A stretch of 60,786 nt of DNA, taken from NCBI GenBank assembly GCA_964636965.1, contig CAZWST010000004.1:1-60786 (forward strand). Reading direction: 5' to 3'. Below, in pieces: positions 18,834 through 28,813 of this stretch (positions are counted from its first letter, which is position 1; every line of letters starts with the position of its first letter). The stretch is from an uncultured Muribaculaceae bacterium (GTDB lineage Bacteria; Bacillota_I; Bacilli_A; RF39; UBA660). The notes under the pieces are model-generated. The model had not been told where the DNA came from, made no database searches, and saw nothing but the letters and a program-made list of their open reading frames with translations. The position numbers and the translations under genes were made by a program.

Positions 18834-20544
18834 CTACGTATCTACTTATCCCTGGTATTTCATTAGAGTTTTGCAAACTTGTGCTATCAATGTAATAGTA
18901 CTCATTGTCACTTAAAAGAGATGTTAATTCTTCAATGGAAACACTTCTTAAATTGTTCTTGCTTTTATTATCAATAACGATATAATGATACTCATTATCA
19001 AATATTGAAACAATTATTACTGGACTTAAATATGATGAATCATTTTTTCTAGCTAAAATATTTACTCTAATATTCTTATTATTTTTAAATAATGTCAAAA
19101 ATAATTTCTTCGTATAGCCAACTAGTTCAAGTCCATCTAAATTCATTCTAGAAATCTCTTTTAATAATATATATACTTTGTCGATTGCAGGTATTTTAGA
19201 ATATTTTAAAGTTAATTTATAAGAATTAAGTGAATCTTGGAAAGTTTTTCTTTCTTCTCTTTTTTCTATGATATCCTTATAAACTTTTTCTGTTAATTCT
19301 TTAAATTTTTGCTTAGTAGTTTTATTTTTATTGATTGAAGTAATATTAACTAATCTATCATTAATCTTAACATTAGTAATGTCACTTGCACTTGGATTAG
19401 CAAGGGAGGAAATAGAAACTAAGTATTCTCCATACTTGAATGTTAATAAATTACCTGCTTCTTCTACACCATTCATGAGTGATTGGTTCAAAGTATAATC
19501 TATTTTTAAGTCAGCTAAAATAGATGCATAAAGAGATATAAAATCATACATTGTAATTTTATTGTTATTAGGACTCTTTTTATTAATATTTTCATTATTC
19601 TCATGTTCAGCAAGTAAGACATCTGTTCTATCCAAATAGTAATTATCATCTAATGAAAATACTTCACATAATTTAATATAATAAAATATTGCTTTTTCTA
19701 AATTAGAATAACTATTATTAATATCCTTATTTAGGTAATCTTCTAAGGGTTCGGATATTTCTATTTTATCGATGATGCTTTCTCCATTTTCATCAATATC
19801 ATTTTTTACTCGATTCTTATTAATAGATTCAAAATCTATTAGTGAATAATTTTTTATACTTTCATATCTTTTAAGAATTTTATCAGAGAAGACATACTTA
19901 ATTGTAATTCTTTCTCTTTCAACGAAGTCAACTAAAGCATAGGCAAGTATTTCTTTGGCATAACCAAAATTGATGTCCCCATTAATAAACTTATTAAATT
20001 CTTCATCACTGCAAGATAGTATACGAAGTAAAACTGAAACAGGGATTTGAAGACATGATTCGTTTATGTAAGTTACATGAATATTATTTCTGTATCTTTG
20101 TTCACAAGAAAATAATACCCAAGAACTTCTTATTACAGCTGAACGCATCAATTCTTTTTTTGATAATTCTTTATTCATTTGATCTAATGCTTCAATGAAT
20201 TCTTTTCTAGTTAGCTTTAATGAAGCAACACTTTTAGAATCTATTATATAATCTATTCTTACTGCAATACCTAGATCATTACTTAAGTTTGTCTGAAGAT
20301 ATCTATACATTCCTTCATCATCAAGCAAGTCATGTATAAGCTTTTTACTTATACTCTTATTTTCTTCAGCATTTATAACTATTAAATCATCGTTTTTATA
20401 TTCTAAAAATAATGATTCATTTTTTAAGATAAGAGAGGAAGCAATGTTTTTTCTAATGGATTGACCAAATTCATTAGCTATCTCTTCTTGAGTATAAAAA
20501 TTTTCTTTATTTAAAAACTTTTCATATTCAAGTCGTGAAGACAT
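18814..20544 (-). CDS. hypothetical 576-aa soluble protein (gene 1)
   Basis: AAGGAGG RBS. The central segment LEKAIFYYIKLCEVFSLD...KITMYDFISLYASILADLKIDY weakly recalls a transglutaminase-like core, but with Met where the catalytic Cys would be. This is a very tentative reading. Confidence 0.5.
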   Translation of the reverse strand: MSSRLEYEKFLNKENFYTQEEIANEFGQSIRKNIASSLILKNESLFLEYKNDDLIVINAEENKSISKKLIHDLLDDEGMYRYLQTNLSNDLGIAVRIDYIIDSKSVASLKLTRKEFIEALDQMNKELSKKELMRSAVIRSSWVLFSCEQRYRNNIHVTYINESCLQIPVSVLLRILSCSDEEFNKFINGDINFGYAKEILAYALVDFVERERITIKYVFSDKILKRYESIKNYSLIDFESINKNRVKNDIDENGESIIDKIEISEPLEDYLNKDINNSYSNLEKAIFYYIKLCEVFSLDDNYYLDRTDVLLAEHENNENINKKSPNNNKITMYDFISLYASILADLKIDYTLNQSLMNGVEEAGNLLTFKYGEYLVSISSLANPSASDITNVKINDRLVNITSINKNKTTKQKFKELTEKVYKDIIEKREERKTFQDSLNSYKLTLKYSKIPAIDKVYILLKEISRMNLDGLELVGYTKKLFLTLFKNNKNIRVNILARKNDSSYLSPVIIVSIFDNEYHYIVIDNKSKNNLRSVSIEELTSLLSDNEYYYIDSTSLQNSNEIPGISRYVGDRIVR

Positions 20545-20568
20545 AGTATTACCTCCTTTAATACTTTA

Positions 20569-20577
20569 ATTATAACA
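20569..20577 (-). promoter_or_regulatory. putative extended -10 (TGTTATAAT) upstream of the seven-gene operon
   Basis: On the minus strand TGTTATAAT lies about 25 nt upstream of the AAGGAGG RBS of the gene starting at 20544. Confidence 0.3.
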
Positions 20578-20630
20578 TGGTCAAGTATATGTATTCACTT
20601 AATTATAGTAACTTTTACATTTATTTGCGT

Positions 20631-20660
20631 AAAAAAATAGAGTGAAGTTAATTCACTCTA
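20631..20660 (-). terminator. rho-independent terminator ending ABC cassette A
   Basis: 9-bp stem TAGAGTGAA/TTCACTCTA with a 5-nt loop, followed on the minus strand by a run of 7 U. Confidence 0.7.
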
Positions 20661-20726
20661 TTCAAACCATTTAATTAATAGTTTTTTAGGATTGGTATTA
20701 AAATAGAAATTTTAGTCTTTTCCTAT

Positions 20727-21125
20727 CTACTTTTCCGAATCAAGTCCATTATTAATATAAAAAGTTCCACTTATTGCTGCATTTTCGGTCTCATTTAACC
20801 ATTTAGATTTAGTGTCTTTAATTCCTGTAAATGTATACTCACATGGATAACCTTTATTAATTTCTGTTATGCCAAAAAAGTTTTCTCCAGATTTTTCATA
20901 AATTCCAAATGCATTTTTTCTAGAAACTGTGTTAGTTATCCACAATGGTGCTCTTCCAATATAACTTGCCTTTACTGCAGTAGTTAATTTTGCTGTTGTA
21001 CTTGCTTTTGTAATAGTTAAACTTTTACCAGATTGAATAGTTGCTACTTGCGATTTTGCAACTGCTACAGATACTCCAGCAATACTTACACCTACTATAG
21101 TAAGTAATATAAATACCTTTTTCAT
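20727..21125 (-). CDS. small secreted protein (signal peptide plus ~105-aa mature part), last gene of cassette A
   Basis: Start at ATG 21125 with RBS AGGGGGGAA. Signal peptide MKKVFILLTIVGVSIAGVSVAVA followed by KS. No recognised domain. Confidence 0.55.
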   Translation of the reverse strand: MKKVFILLTIVGVSIAGVSVAVAKSQVATIQSGKSLTITKASTTAKLTTAVKASYIGRAPLWITNTVSRKNAFGIYEKSGENFFGITEINKGYPCEYTFTGIKDTKSKWLNETENAAISGTFYINNGLDSEK

Positions 21126-21163
21126 TTTTCTTTTCCCCCCTTCTAGCAAAATAAAAAATTTAA

Positions 21164-22231
21164 TTACGATTTTAATTTTGCAATATTTAATTTATTATTA
21201 ATTGTTCCTATCAACAATAAATTAGCTAATAATTCTATTAAAACAATAGCAATTAAATGTTTATAGCTAAATACTACTTCTATTTTAAGCATTTGCTCTA
21301 ATAGTTTATTTATGGATAAGCTAAATATAATAGCTAGTGATGTAGCAATTATATTTATACTACTAAATCTTTTTAAGATATTAATTTTTATTTTCTTATT
21401 ATAAAATCCAAATATTTTTTCTAACTTAATATTTTTCTTCATATCTGTTAAAATGTTTTTATATATTATAATAATCATTAATAAGAACATTACATTTAAT
21501 ATTAAAATAATGTATGTTAAATATATTAGATATTCTTCTAAATTTTCATAAACAGAAACACCACTTGAGTTGGAAAAAGAAATAACATCAATAAAGTCTG
21601 ATTCTTCTTTTTTTAAATTTAAAAAGTCATTTTCAATTAGCGGTTCATACTTTTCCTTCTTTATTCTAGAAATATATGTATATTTTTTCTCTCGTTTAAC
21701 TATTTCATTAAAAATATTATTTGAAACCCTTATTTCGTTTATTTCTTTTGAATCATATAAGTTTTTTATAGTTAATTCATGGCTACCATAATAATTAATT
21801 ATGATTTTACGTCCGATATATTTTTGAATATTAGGTTTTATATTTTCATAAGTTGTAGAATCAAATCCTAATAGTACTTCATTTTCTTTTAATTCATTAT
21901 TAATATCATTATAGATAATTAAGTTATCAAACCCAGCATTATTAATTTGAAAATTAATTTTATCATCTAATATTAAAACCTCTTTATTATTTGATAATGG
22001 AATAACTAATGCTTCTTGCACGTCTTCTAAATATTCATTTGAAACTAGTTTGTTTTTTAAATCTTTTTGAGTTTTTACTACAAATATAGTTCTCTTGGTA
22101 TATATATCATGGATTGATAATTCTATACCTGTTTTTATTGAATTTAATGTTAGAAGTGTCATAATTATTATCGTAAATACTAGTATATATATGTGTGTAC
22201 TTTTCTTAATAATAAATTCTTTTATAATCAT
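21164..22231 (-). CDS. FtsX-type permease subunit 2 (divergent), cassette A
   Basis: One N-terminal TM, a ~200-aa extracytoplasmic region and three C-terminal TMs. FtsX-like segment KLEKIFGFYNKKIKINILKRF. Starts 3 nt after the upstream permease gene. Confidence 0.6.
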   Translation of the reverse strand: MIIKEFIIKKSTHIYILVFTIIIMTLLTLNSIKTGIELSIHDIYTKRTIFVVKTQKDLKNKLVSNEYLEDVQEALVIPLSNNKEVLILDDKINFQINNAGFDNLIIYNDINNELKENEVLLGFDSTTYENIKPNIQKYIGRKIIINYYGSHELTIKNLYDSKEINEIRVSNNIFNEIVKREKKYTYISRIKKEKYEPLIENDFLNLKKEESDFIDVISFSNSSGVSVYENLEEYLIYLTYIILILNVMFLLMIIIIYKNILTDMKKNIKLEKIFGFYNKKIKINILKRFSSINIIATSLAIIFSLSINKLLEQMLKIEVVFSYKHLIAIVLIELLANLLLIGTINNKLNIAKLKS

Positions 22232-22233
22232 AG

Positions 22234-23502
22234 CTAATCACCTTCATAACGAATTATTGAATTTTTAAATTGTTTTTCTACATAACATATATTAGTTAAA
22301 GATGAAGTGATTCCAATAATTAGTAAACCAATTATGATTATTAAGTAAGGCATAAAATATACTACTCCAATATTAATAAGTTTTTCCTTCATTGATAAAG
22401 AAATAATTGTATTTGTCACAAGTGCAAATAAGATAACGCTTAATGAGCTTATAAAAATTATAAAGAAATTATCAATCAAATAATAAGCTTTTATGTTGTT
22501 TTTTTGATAACCTACGGATGATAGCATACTTATAAAATGAGAATTATTTAGTATTTTTTTCTTTATGTATAATAACGAAATTATAAAAATGCCAATTAGT
22601 GAAATAATACTAACAACAGATAAAATACTTATTAATTTAATTAGATATGACGAAGATACATACGATTTATAATTAACTGAATATCCTAATCTTTCTAATT
22701 CCCTTTTCACGTTAGCAACATTTTTTCTAGAATCTATATGAACAAATAGAGAAGTTACACTTGAAAAGTCTTTTTTGGGTAAGTAATCTTTTATCATTTC
22801 TTCTAATTGCTTACCAGAGATAAAACATTGATTCATTTCAAAATAAGAATTTTTTATATCATAAACTCCTACTATTTTAAATTCTACTGTTTTTTCTCCA
22901 ATTATGATATTTTTTTCTTTTTCTTTATCATATTTTCTAAGATCATACTTACCAGAAATATTTGAATTTAGCAAGGAGTTGCCATCAAGCATCTCTTTTT
23001 TCTCCATTTCTTTATAAGTAATTGATTCTTTAGGAATAATCTTATTTGAACATATAGCTACATTTTCATCATCATATTTTATTTCATGACCCGCAATTAA
23101 ATTAGGTATAGAAGTTTCGGTTCCATATAGCAAATATAAAGTTTCACCCTGATAAGGTCCAATCTTTACATCGTTTATTGCTATCATACTTTCCTTAGAG
23201 GAATATACATCAGTTATATGCTCAATGCTCTTTATTTCATCAAAATTGTAAGCATAATCATTGGTATCGTTTTTTAAGATGTACTTCATCATTTCAGCTT
23301 TGCTAGGTAAAACTATTAAAGTTCTAAAGCTTGTATTTTTGTTAAATTGAGTGTTCAAATTAATGTAATATAAATAAGCCATACATAGAACAATTATAAA
23401 AATTATTGAACACAAACTCATCATCATAATATAATATATATTTTTCTTATCCCTTATATTTCTTTTAAAGATAAAATTAATGTGAGGTAACATTTGTTTC
23501 AT
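22234..23502 (-). CDS. FtsX/MacB-type ABC permease subunit 1, cassette A
   Basis: Topology TM1, a large extracytoplasmic domain, then 3 TM. FtsX motif ISMLSSVGYQKNNIKAYYLIDNF. ATGA overlap with the ATPase gene. Confidence 0.75.
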   Translation of the reverse strand: MKQMLPHINFIFKRNIRDKKNIYYIMMMSLCSIIFIIVLCMAYLYYINLNTQFNKNTSFRTLIVLPSKAEMMKYILKNDTNDYAYNFDEIKSIEHITDVYSSKESMIAINDVKIGPYQGETLYLLYGTETSIPNLIAGHEIKYDDENVAICSNKIIPKESITYKEMEKKEMLDGNSLLNSNISGKYDLRKYDKEKEKNIIIGEKTVEFKIVGVYDIKNSYFEMNQCFISGKQLEEMIKDYLPKKDFSSVTSLFVHIDSRKNVANVKRELERLGYSVNYKSYVSSSYLIKLISILSVVSIISLIGIFIISLLYIKKKILNNSHFISMLSSVGYQKNNIKAYYLIDNFFIIFISSLSVILFALVTNTIISLSMKEKLINIGVVYFMPYLIIIIGLLIIGITSSLTNICYVEKQFKNSIIRYEGD

Positions 23503-24188
23503 TTTTTCACCTCTACTATATTCTTATCATCTAACTCATATAAGACATCTGCATATTTTTTTACTTCATCACTGTGAGAAACTACAATAATACACTTACC
23601 TTCTTTGCTTAGATTTTTTAATAGTTCAAATATTTTCTTTTCATTTGTTTTATCTAAGTTTCCTGTTGGTTCATCGGCTATTATTATATCTGGGTTATTT
23701 GCAAGGGAGCGCGCTATTGCAACTCTTTGTTTTTCTCCTCCACTTAACTCTTTTGGAAAATGATCATATCTATTTTTTAAATCTACTTTATCTAAAAGGC
23801 TTATAGATATTGCCTTCATATCTTTTTTGTATATTCTTTTATTTATTAACATTGGATACATGACATTTTCATAAGCTTTTAAGTATTCATCTAAGAAATA
23901 ATCTTGGAATACAAATCCAATTGTGTCTCTTCTTAATTCTGCTAATTCATTATCGCTTAATTTTGATACATCATTTTTGTTTAATAAATATGTCCCATCA
24001 GTTGCTTGATCAAGCAACCCTATAATATTAACTAGTGTTGACTTGCCTGAACCGGAGTGTCCCATGATTGCATAAAACTTTCCTTTTTCAAATGATACAT
24101 TTAGACTATCTAATACTAGTAGGCTTCTTTTTTTCATTTGATATAATTTTCTTATTTTCTTTAATTCAATTACTTTTTGTGCGTGCAT
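23499..24188 (-). CDS. ABC transporter ATP-binding protein (MacB/LolD-type), cassette A
   Basis: Walker [11 protein letters not shown]-loop FVFQDY, signature [14 protein letters not shown], Walker [13 protein letters not shown]. Confidence 0.9.
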   Translation of the reverse strand: MHAQKVIELKKIRKLYQMKKRSLLVLDSLNVSFEKGKFYAIMGHSGSGKSTLVNIIGLLDQATDGTYLLNKNDVSKLSDNELAELRRDTIGFVFQDYFLDEYLKAYENVMYPMLINKRIYKKDMKAISISLLDKVDLKNRYDHFPKELSGGEKQRVAIARSLANNPDIIIADEPTGNLDKTNEKKIFELLKNLSKEGKCIIVVSHSDEVKKYADVLYELDDKNIVEVKK

Positions 24189-24282
24189 TTTTATTTCTCG
24201 CTTTCTAACTCAATCATACTAATACTATCTATTATTTGTCACGTCGATTTTTCCGACATTTTTTGAAGTCAGAGTTTTGTTA

Positions 24283-24312
24283 CAAAAAAAATAACAGATA
24301 GTGTCTGTTATT
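24283..24312 (-). terminator. rho-independent terminator after the XRE regulator gene of cassette A
   Basis: Stem AATAACAGA/TCTGTTATT with a 5-nt loop, overlapping the stop codon and followed on the minus strand by a U-run. Confidence 0.6.
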
Positions 24313-25381
24313 TAACATATTCATTATATAATTCAAAAAACTCATTTGCTAACTCTGACCCATTCTTTGTTTCTATTATTTCCATCGAAACCTCATCACC
24401 TTCATATTTTTTATAAAATAGAGAATCATATGCTATATGATAATTCCAAGTCTTACTATAATTCAAATAATCTTTTTTTAGAATGAATAAACCAGCATCA
24501 GGAAAATATGTCATTGTCATATTAAAATAATCCATTTTCTCCTGATATCTATATGAATCATTGTTGTATGTGAAATTATTTAGTATTTTTTCTGGAATAT
24601 CTGGATCATGATATTTTACTTTATCATTTTTTTCACTTATATTTTCTTTATTTTTAAATAATATTTTATTATTTTCATAATCCTTTATAACATTAAGATT
24701 TATTTCCTCACTTTCTTCACCATAATAAATTATTAATTGCAAATTCATTTTGTCTTTTACTATATCGTCATAGTTAAAATATTCTTCGTAATTATAAAAG
24801 TCAGCTAGATATATTGATTTTCTGTTTGAATTTTTAACAACTAATTTTTTATCATTACCTGAATTTTGGTATAGCGATATGCTTTTTATTTTTTTATCCT
24901 TAATTTCTTCTACGCTTATACTAAAATATATTTTTTCTTTTGATGCAATAAGTAATCCTTCATTGGTTTTGAAATTACTGCTTGCTCCCTCAACTTTATA
25001 GACTTTAACTGAATTATACGAATTAAAAAAATAATATGATAGAAAGATAATAATAAGGGCAACACATATTAAGGTAATTGATGTAATCATTATTTTATAT
25101 TTTGACTTGATACTTTTTATAGAAAAGTTGTTTATTTTCTCGATTGTTTGGTTAATAACTTCTTTTTTATATTTTCCACCATTGTATATATCTAATACTG
25201 TAACTCCAAAAATATTTGATAGTATTAAGGCACGATCTACACTAAGTTTTATCTTTCCATGTTCAATATCAGAAAGTCCATTTCTACTAATATGTATAGA
25301 ATTAGCTAATTCTTCCTGTGTTATTCTTTTTGTTTCTCTTAGTTCTTTTATATATTTACCAATTTCTTCATCAGAAACCAT
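24308..25381 (-). CDS. membrane-tethered XRE-family HTH regulator with large extracytoplasmic C-terminal domain, cassette A
   Basis: HTH_3 motif IKELRETKRITQEELANSIHISRNGLSDIEHGK, a single TM (ITSITLICVALIIIFLSYYFF), then a ~230-aa C-terminal domain. Start placed at ATG 25381. The track start at 25417 is a TTG. Confidence 0.75.
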   Translation of the reverse strand: MVSDEEIGKYIKELRETKRITQEELANSIHISRNGLSDIEHGKIKLSVDRALILSNIFGVTVLDIYNGGKYKKEVINQTIEKINNFSIKSIKSKYKIMITSITLICVALIIIFLSYYFFNSYNSVKVYKVEGASSNFKTNEGLLIASKEKIYFSISVEEIKDKKIKSISLYQNSGNDKKLVVKNSNRKSIYLADFYNYEEYFNYDDIVKDKMNLQLIIYYGEESEEINLNVIKDYENNKILFKNKENISEKNDKVKYHDPDIPEKILNNFTYNNDSYRYQEKMDYFNMTMTYFPDAGLFILKKDYLNYSKTWNYHIAYDSLFYKKYEGDEVSMEIIETKNGSELANEFFELYNEYVK

Positions 25382-25481
25382 ATAACCACGTCTTTTCTTT
25401 ATATCTTTATAATACAACTTTTTATAACGAGTGTCATTCTTTTTTATAAATCATTTGACCCCCGCTTTTTTCCTTTTTTAA

Positions 25482-25518
25482 TAAAAAAATAACAGATATG
25501 ATATCTGTTATTTTTTAT
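25482..25518 (-). terminator. rho-independent (bidirectional-looking) terminator after the fused ABC gene
   Basis: 11-bp stem AATAACAGATA/TATCTGTTATT with a 3-nt loop, flanked by an A-run and a T-run. Confidence 0.7.
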
Positions 25519-28058
25519 TCTGATCTTAGTGCTTCTACTGGATCTTTTTTGCTTGCCATTCTTGATGGTATTAATCCAGCTAGTAAAGTTAAGATTATGC
25601 TTATAATTATTAATATTATAGCTCCAACATATGGTAATGAAGCTATACCGCTTATATTAAGTGCACTTTTTATTATAGCATTTACTGGTATATTAATTAA
25701 ACATGTTACTAGTATACCCATAATACCTGCGCATGCTCCTTCGATTAAAGTTTCTGCATTGAACACTCTTGAGATATCTTTCTTACTTGCTCCGATAGCT
25801 CTTAAGATACCAATCTCTTTTGTTCTTTCAATTACTGATATGTAAGTAATAATTGCAATCATGATACTTGATACAATTAAGCTTATTGCAACGAAGGCGA
25901 TTAAGACAGTTGAGACAACATTGACAATGCTAGATACAGAGGACATCATTAGTCCAAATACATCTGTATATTGTAATTCATCGTCTTCATTTTTTCCTTT
26001 ATTATATTCATGAATTATATCTGTTATTTTTTCCTTAGCATCAAAGTCACGAGGATATATATTAATAGAATCAGGATTATCTAAATCAGCAATTCCCAAT
26101 TTTGTTAAATTTTGTTCATAAGTAGAAGATGCAAAACTAGACATTGTTTCCATATAAGATGCAAGTTCTTCTTTACTCATTTTTTGAATTGCAGCTAGTT
26201 GTTCTTTTGATAAGTCACTCATATCAAATGAGGATGCATCACTGAATTTTTTGCCAGTGAATATATTTTTCTCTTTATTATTTAATTGGTCTTTTGCTAT
26301 TTCAGTTTTATTAATTTCCTTAATCATTTTTTCCCATAAGGCGTGAGTATAACCAACAAGACCATAACCAGAGTCTGATACAGATTCTTCATTAGGTTTT
26401 ATAATTCCAACTACTTTAAGTTCATCAGCACTTTTTAAAACTTTTTTCATGTAGTCTTCATCATTACTTTTATCAATCCATACTCCATTACTCTTTTTAT
26501 AAAAATCTGTATTTAAAACTAATTTATATTTTAATCCTAATAAGTCGTCTTTTGTAAAAGTTTTATTTTCAAATTCAACTTTTGATCCACTGACCATATT
26601 ATTAAATTGTTTTTTTAATTCATCTTGATCAAGAAGACCTAAGCTATAAAGAGTATAATCTGATAATTCATTATTACCATTTAAAATTATTACTAATTCA
26701 TTGTATTCTTTTGGCCAAGAACCTGCAACTAAATCGAACTGTCCTTCATTAAACTCTTGATTATCAAGAAGTTCAGTAAATACATCATAGTTAGACATGT
26801 ATCCTGAATATACACTTGAAACACCATCTGTTCCCATACCTATTGCGTCAAGTACGGTTGTTGGATTTACTCTTTGTACTTTCTTTTCATCATCTTTATA
26901 TAGATTTAATTGAATATCATAACCATAAACAATATCAGTTACATAATCGTTTATTTCTTTTTTGTCATTTTCAATATATTTTTTGAATGATGCTAAATCG
27001 TTTACTTTAACATCCTCAGTAATACTTGAGAACATATCTCCCATAATATTCTTAGAGTGAATTAAATCATCATTGTATTTAACTTCACTGTCGGCATCCA
27101 TAAAAGAAACAAGCATACTAGATATATCTACAGATTCTTTTGAGATAGTTAATGGATATGAACCTAATGTTTCTTTCTCTGTTTTATTAATATAATTTTG
27201 AATACCATTAGATAATGATAAAATAAGCGCAATACCAATTATACCAATAGATCCTGCAAAAGCAGTTAAAATAGTTCTTCCTTTTTTTGTCATTAAGTTA
27301 TTAAGTGAAAGTGATAAAGCAGTTAAGAAACTCATCTTGCTTTTCTTTGATTTTTTGTTATCTTTCTTTTCTTCTTTTCCATCAAAAGGATTTGAATCAT
27401 CAACTATTTTTCCATCTAATAATTTAACTATTCTTGTAGAGTATTTTTCTGCAAGTTCTGGATTATGAGTTACCATTATAACTAATTTATCTTTAGCTAT
27501 TTCTTTAAGTAAATTCATTACTTGGATACTAGTCTCTGAATCTAATGCTCCAGTTGGTTCATCTGCAAGTAATATATCTGGATCATTTACAAGTGCACGT
27601 GCAATTGCGATTCTTTGCATTTGTCCACCGCTCATTTGGTTTGGACGTTTATTCATTTGACGCTCTAATCCAACTTTTTTTAATACAGCAATACTTCTTT
27701 TTCTTCTTTCGGATTTACCTACACCAGATAAGGTAAGAGAAAGTTCAACAATTTGTAGTGATGTTTGATGTGGTATTAGATTATAACTTTGAAATACAAA
27801 ACCAACACGATGATTACGATATATATCCCAATCACGATTTTTATATTTCTTTGTTGAAATACCATTAATTATTAAGTCTCCTTTAGTATAATTATCAAGT
27901 CCACCAATTATATTTAACATAGTTGTTTTACCAGAACCTGACTGTCCTAAAATAGAAACAAATTCATTTTCTCTAAATTTTATAGAAACATTATCTAAAG
28001 CTTTTTGTGTTAAACCAGCTGTATTATAAACTTTAGATACACTTTTTAATTCTAACAT
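25515..28058 (-). CDS. fused ABC ATPase plus FtsX/MacB-type permease (847 aa)
   Basis: N-terminal ABC domain with GQSGSGKTT, MSGGQMQRIAIARA and LLADEPTGALD. This is followed by a TM, a ~420-aa extracytoplasmic domain and a C-terminal FtsX 3-TM bundle (IGILRAIGASKKDISRVF). Confidence 0.9.
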   Translation of the reverse strand: MLELKSVSKVYNTAGLTQKALDNVSIKFRENEFVSILGQSGSGKTTMLNIIGGLDNYTKGDLIINGISTKKYKNRDWDIYRNHRVGFVFQSYNLIPHQTSLQIVELSLTLSGVGKSERRKRSIAVLKKVGLERQMNKRPNQMSGGQMQRIAIARALVNDPDILLADEPTGALDSETSIQVMNLLKEIAKDKLVIMVTHNPELAEKYSTRIVKLLDGKIVDDSNPFDGKEEKKDNKKSKKSKMSFLTALSLSLNNLMTKKGRTILTAFAGSIGIIGIALILSLSNGIQNYINKTEKETLGSYPLTISKESVDISSMLVSFMDADSEVKYNDDLIHSKNIMGDMFSSITEDVKVNDLASFKKYIENDKKEINDYVTDIVYGYDIQLNLYKDDEKKVQRVNPTTVLDAIGMGTDGVSSVYSGYMSNYDVFTELLDNQEFNEGQFDLVAGSWPKEYNELVIILNGNNELSDYTLYSLGLLDQDELKKQFNNMVSGSKVEFENKTFTKDDLLGLKYKLVLNTDFYKKSNGVWIDKSNDEDYMKKVLKSADELKVVGIIKPNEESVSDSGYGLVGYTHALWEKMIKEINKTEIAKDQLNNKEKNIFTGKKFSDASSFDMSDLSKEQLAAIQKMSKEELASYMETMSSFASSTYEQNLTKLGIADLDNPDSINIYPRDFDAKEKITDIIHEYNKGKNEDDELQYTDVFGLMMSSVSSIVNVVSTVLIAFVAISLIVSSIMIAIITYISVIERTKEIGILRAIGASKKDISRVFNAETLIEGACAGIMGILVTCLINIPVNAIIKSALNISGIASLPYVGAIILIIISIILTLLAGLIPSRMASKKDPVEALRSE

Positions 28059-28074
28059 ATTTATCCTCCTTATA

Positions 28075-28746
28075 TTATATAAGTTCAGTTACCAAACTTA
28101 TAATTAATAGAACTGCTAATATTATAGCCGAACTCTTTGATACATACAATCTTTTTATAGTCGTATCGACACTTTTTTCACTTTCTTTTCCACTTTCTAT
28201 TAGTTTAAAGCCAAAAGAAGTGTAACTTTCTAAATCACTTTCAGATATAAGATAACAACCTATATCTGTATTATAATCAATATATGAAACATCACTAGGA
28301 GCATTAAGTATTAAAATCCCCATTAATATATCTCCAATAGCACCACCAAAGTTCATAATAGATAGTAGTACTAAATCAGGTAAATTAAATATATACCCGA
28401 TTGGGAAAGTAATAAAAGATAAGATAATTAGGGGAAGAAAAATTGAAATTAGAGACTCTCTTTTATTAATTTTTTCTTGGCAAGCTGCATATAATACACC
28501 TTTTTCTAAGGCAGCACCAAATTTAATATTTTTCTTATCTTTTGCAAATATTAGAAAACCTATCCCATGACATATCTCATGAATAATGAAATATAAGATA
28601 ATCTCAATTAACATTATTCCTGTTGAACTCCCAGAGTAAAAATCAAATTTTAGAATTGATAAAACTATAATAGGAATTATTAACATCACTAATGAAAGTA
28701 TATTTGCAAGTAAGATATTTAATTCATATTTATAATATTTTTTCAT
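28075..28746 (-). CDS. polytopic membrane HExxH protein (DUF3267-like putative zincin peptidase)
   Basis: 223-aa ORF with multiple TMs. HEICHGIGF motif lies at the end of TM2. Its stop is 17 nt upstream of the fused ABC gene start. Confidence 0.55.
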   Translation of the reverse strand: MKKYYKYELNILLANILSLVMLIIPIIVLSILKFDFYSGSSTGIMLIEIILYFIIHEICHGIGFLIFAKDKKNIKFGAALEKGVLYAACQEKINKRESLISIFLPLIILSFITFPIGYIFNLPDLVLLSIMNFGGAIGDILMGILILNAPSDVSYIDYNTDIGCYLISESDLESYTSFGFKLIESGKESEKSVDTTIKRLYVSKSSAIILAVLLIISLVTELI

Positions 28747-28813
28747 AATATCACCTAAAAATTATTATAACATAATTATTAAAATGCGTTATAATAACTA
28801 ACTGTGATGTGAC

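Noticed and set aside
15013-20544. Interpretation of the FtsK-domain operon as a type VIIb (EssC-type) secretion locus or a conjugation module.
   Set aside because: No protein in the operon has a TM segment, signal peptide, FHA domain or WXG100-like hairpin, and the ATPase is a single soluble domain. A secretion apparatus would need membrane components. The region is kept as an unknown cytoplasmic system instead.
24283-25518. Two hairpins sharing the core AATAACAGATA...TCTGTTATT (24290-24312 and 25488-25512), considered as copies of a dispersed repeat or MITE.
   Set aside because: The shared part is only ~10 nt per arm. Both sit exactly at gene 3' ends with flanking U-runs, so they are adequately explained as similar intrinsic terminators.
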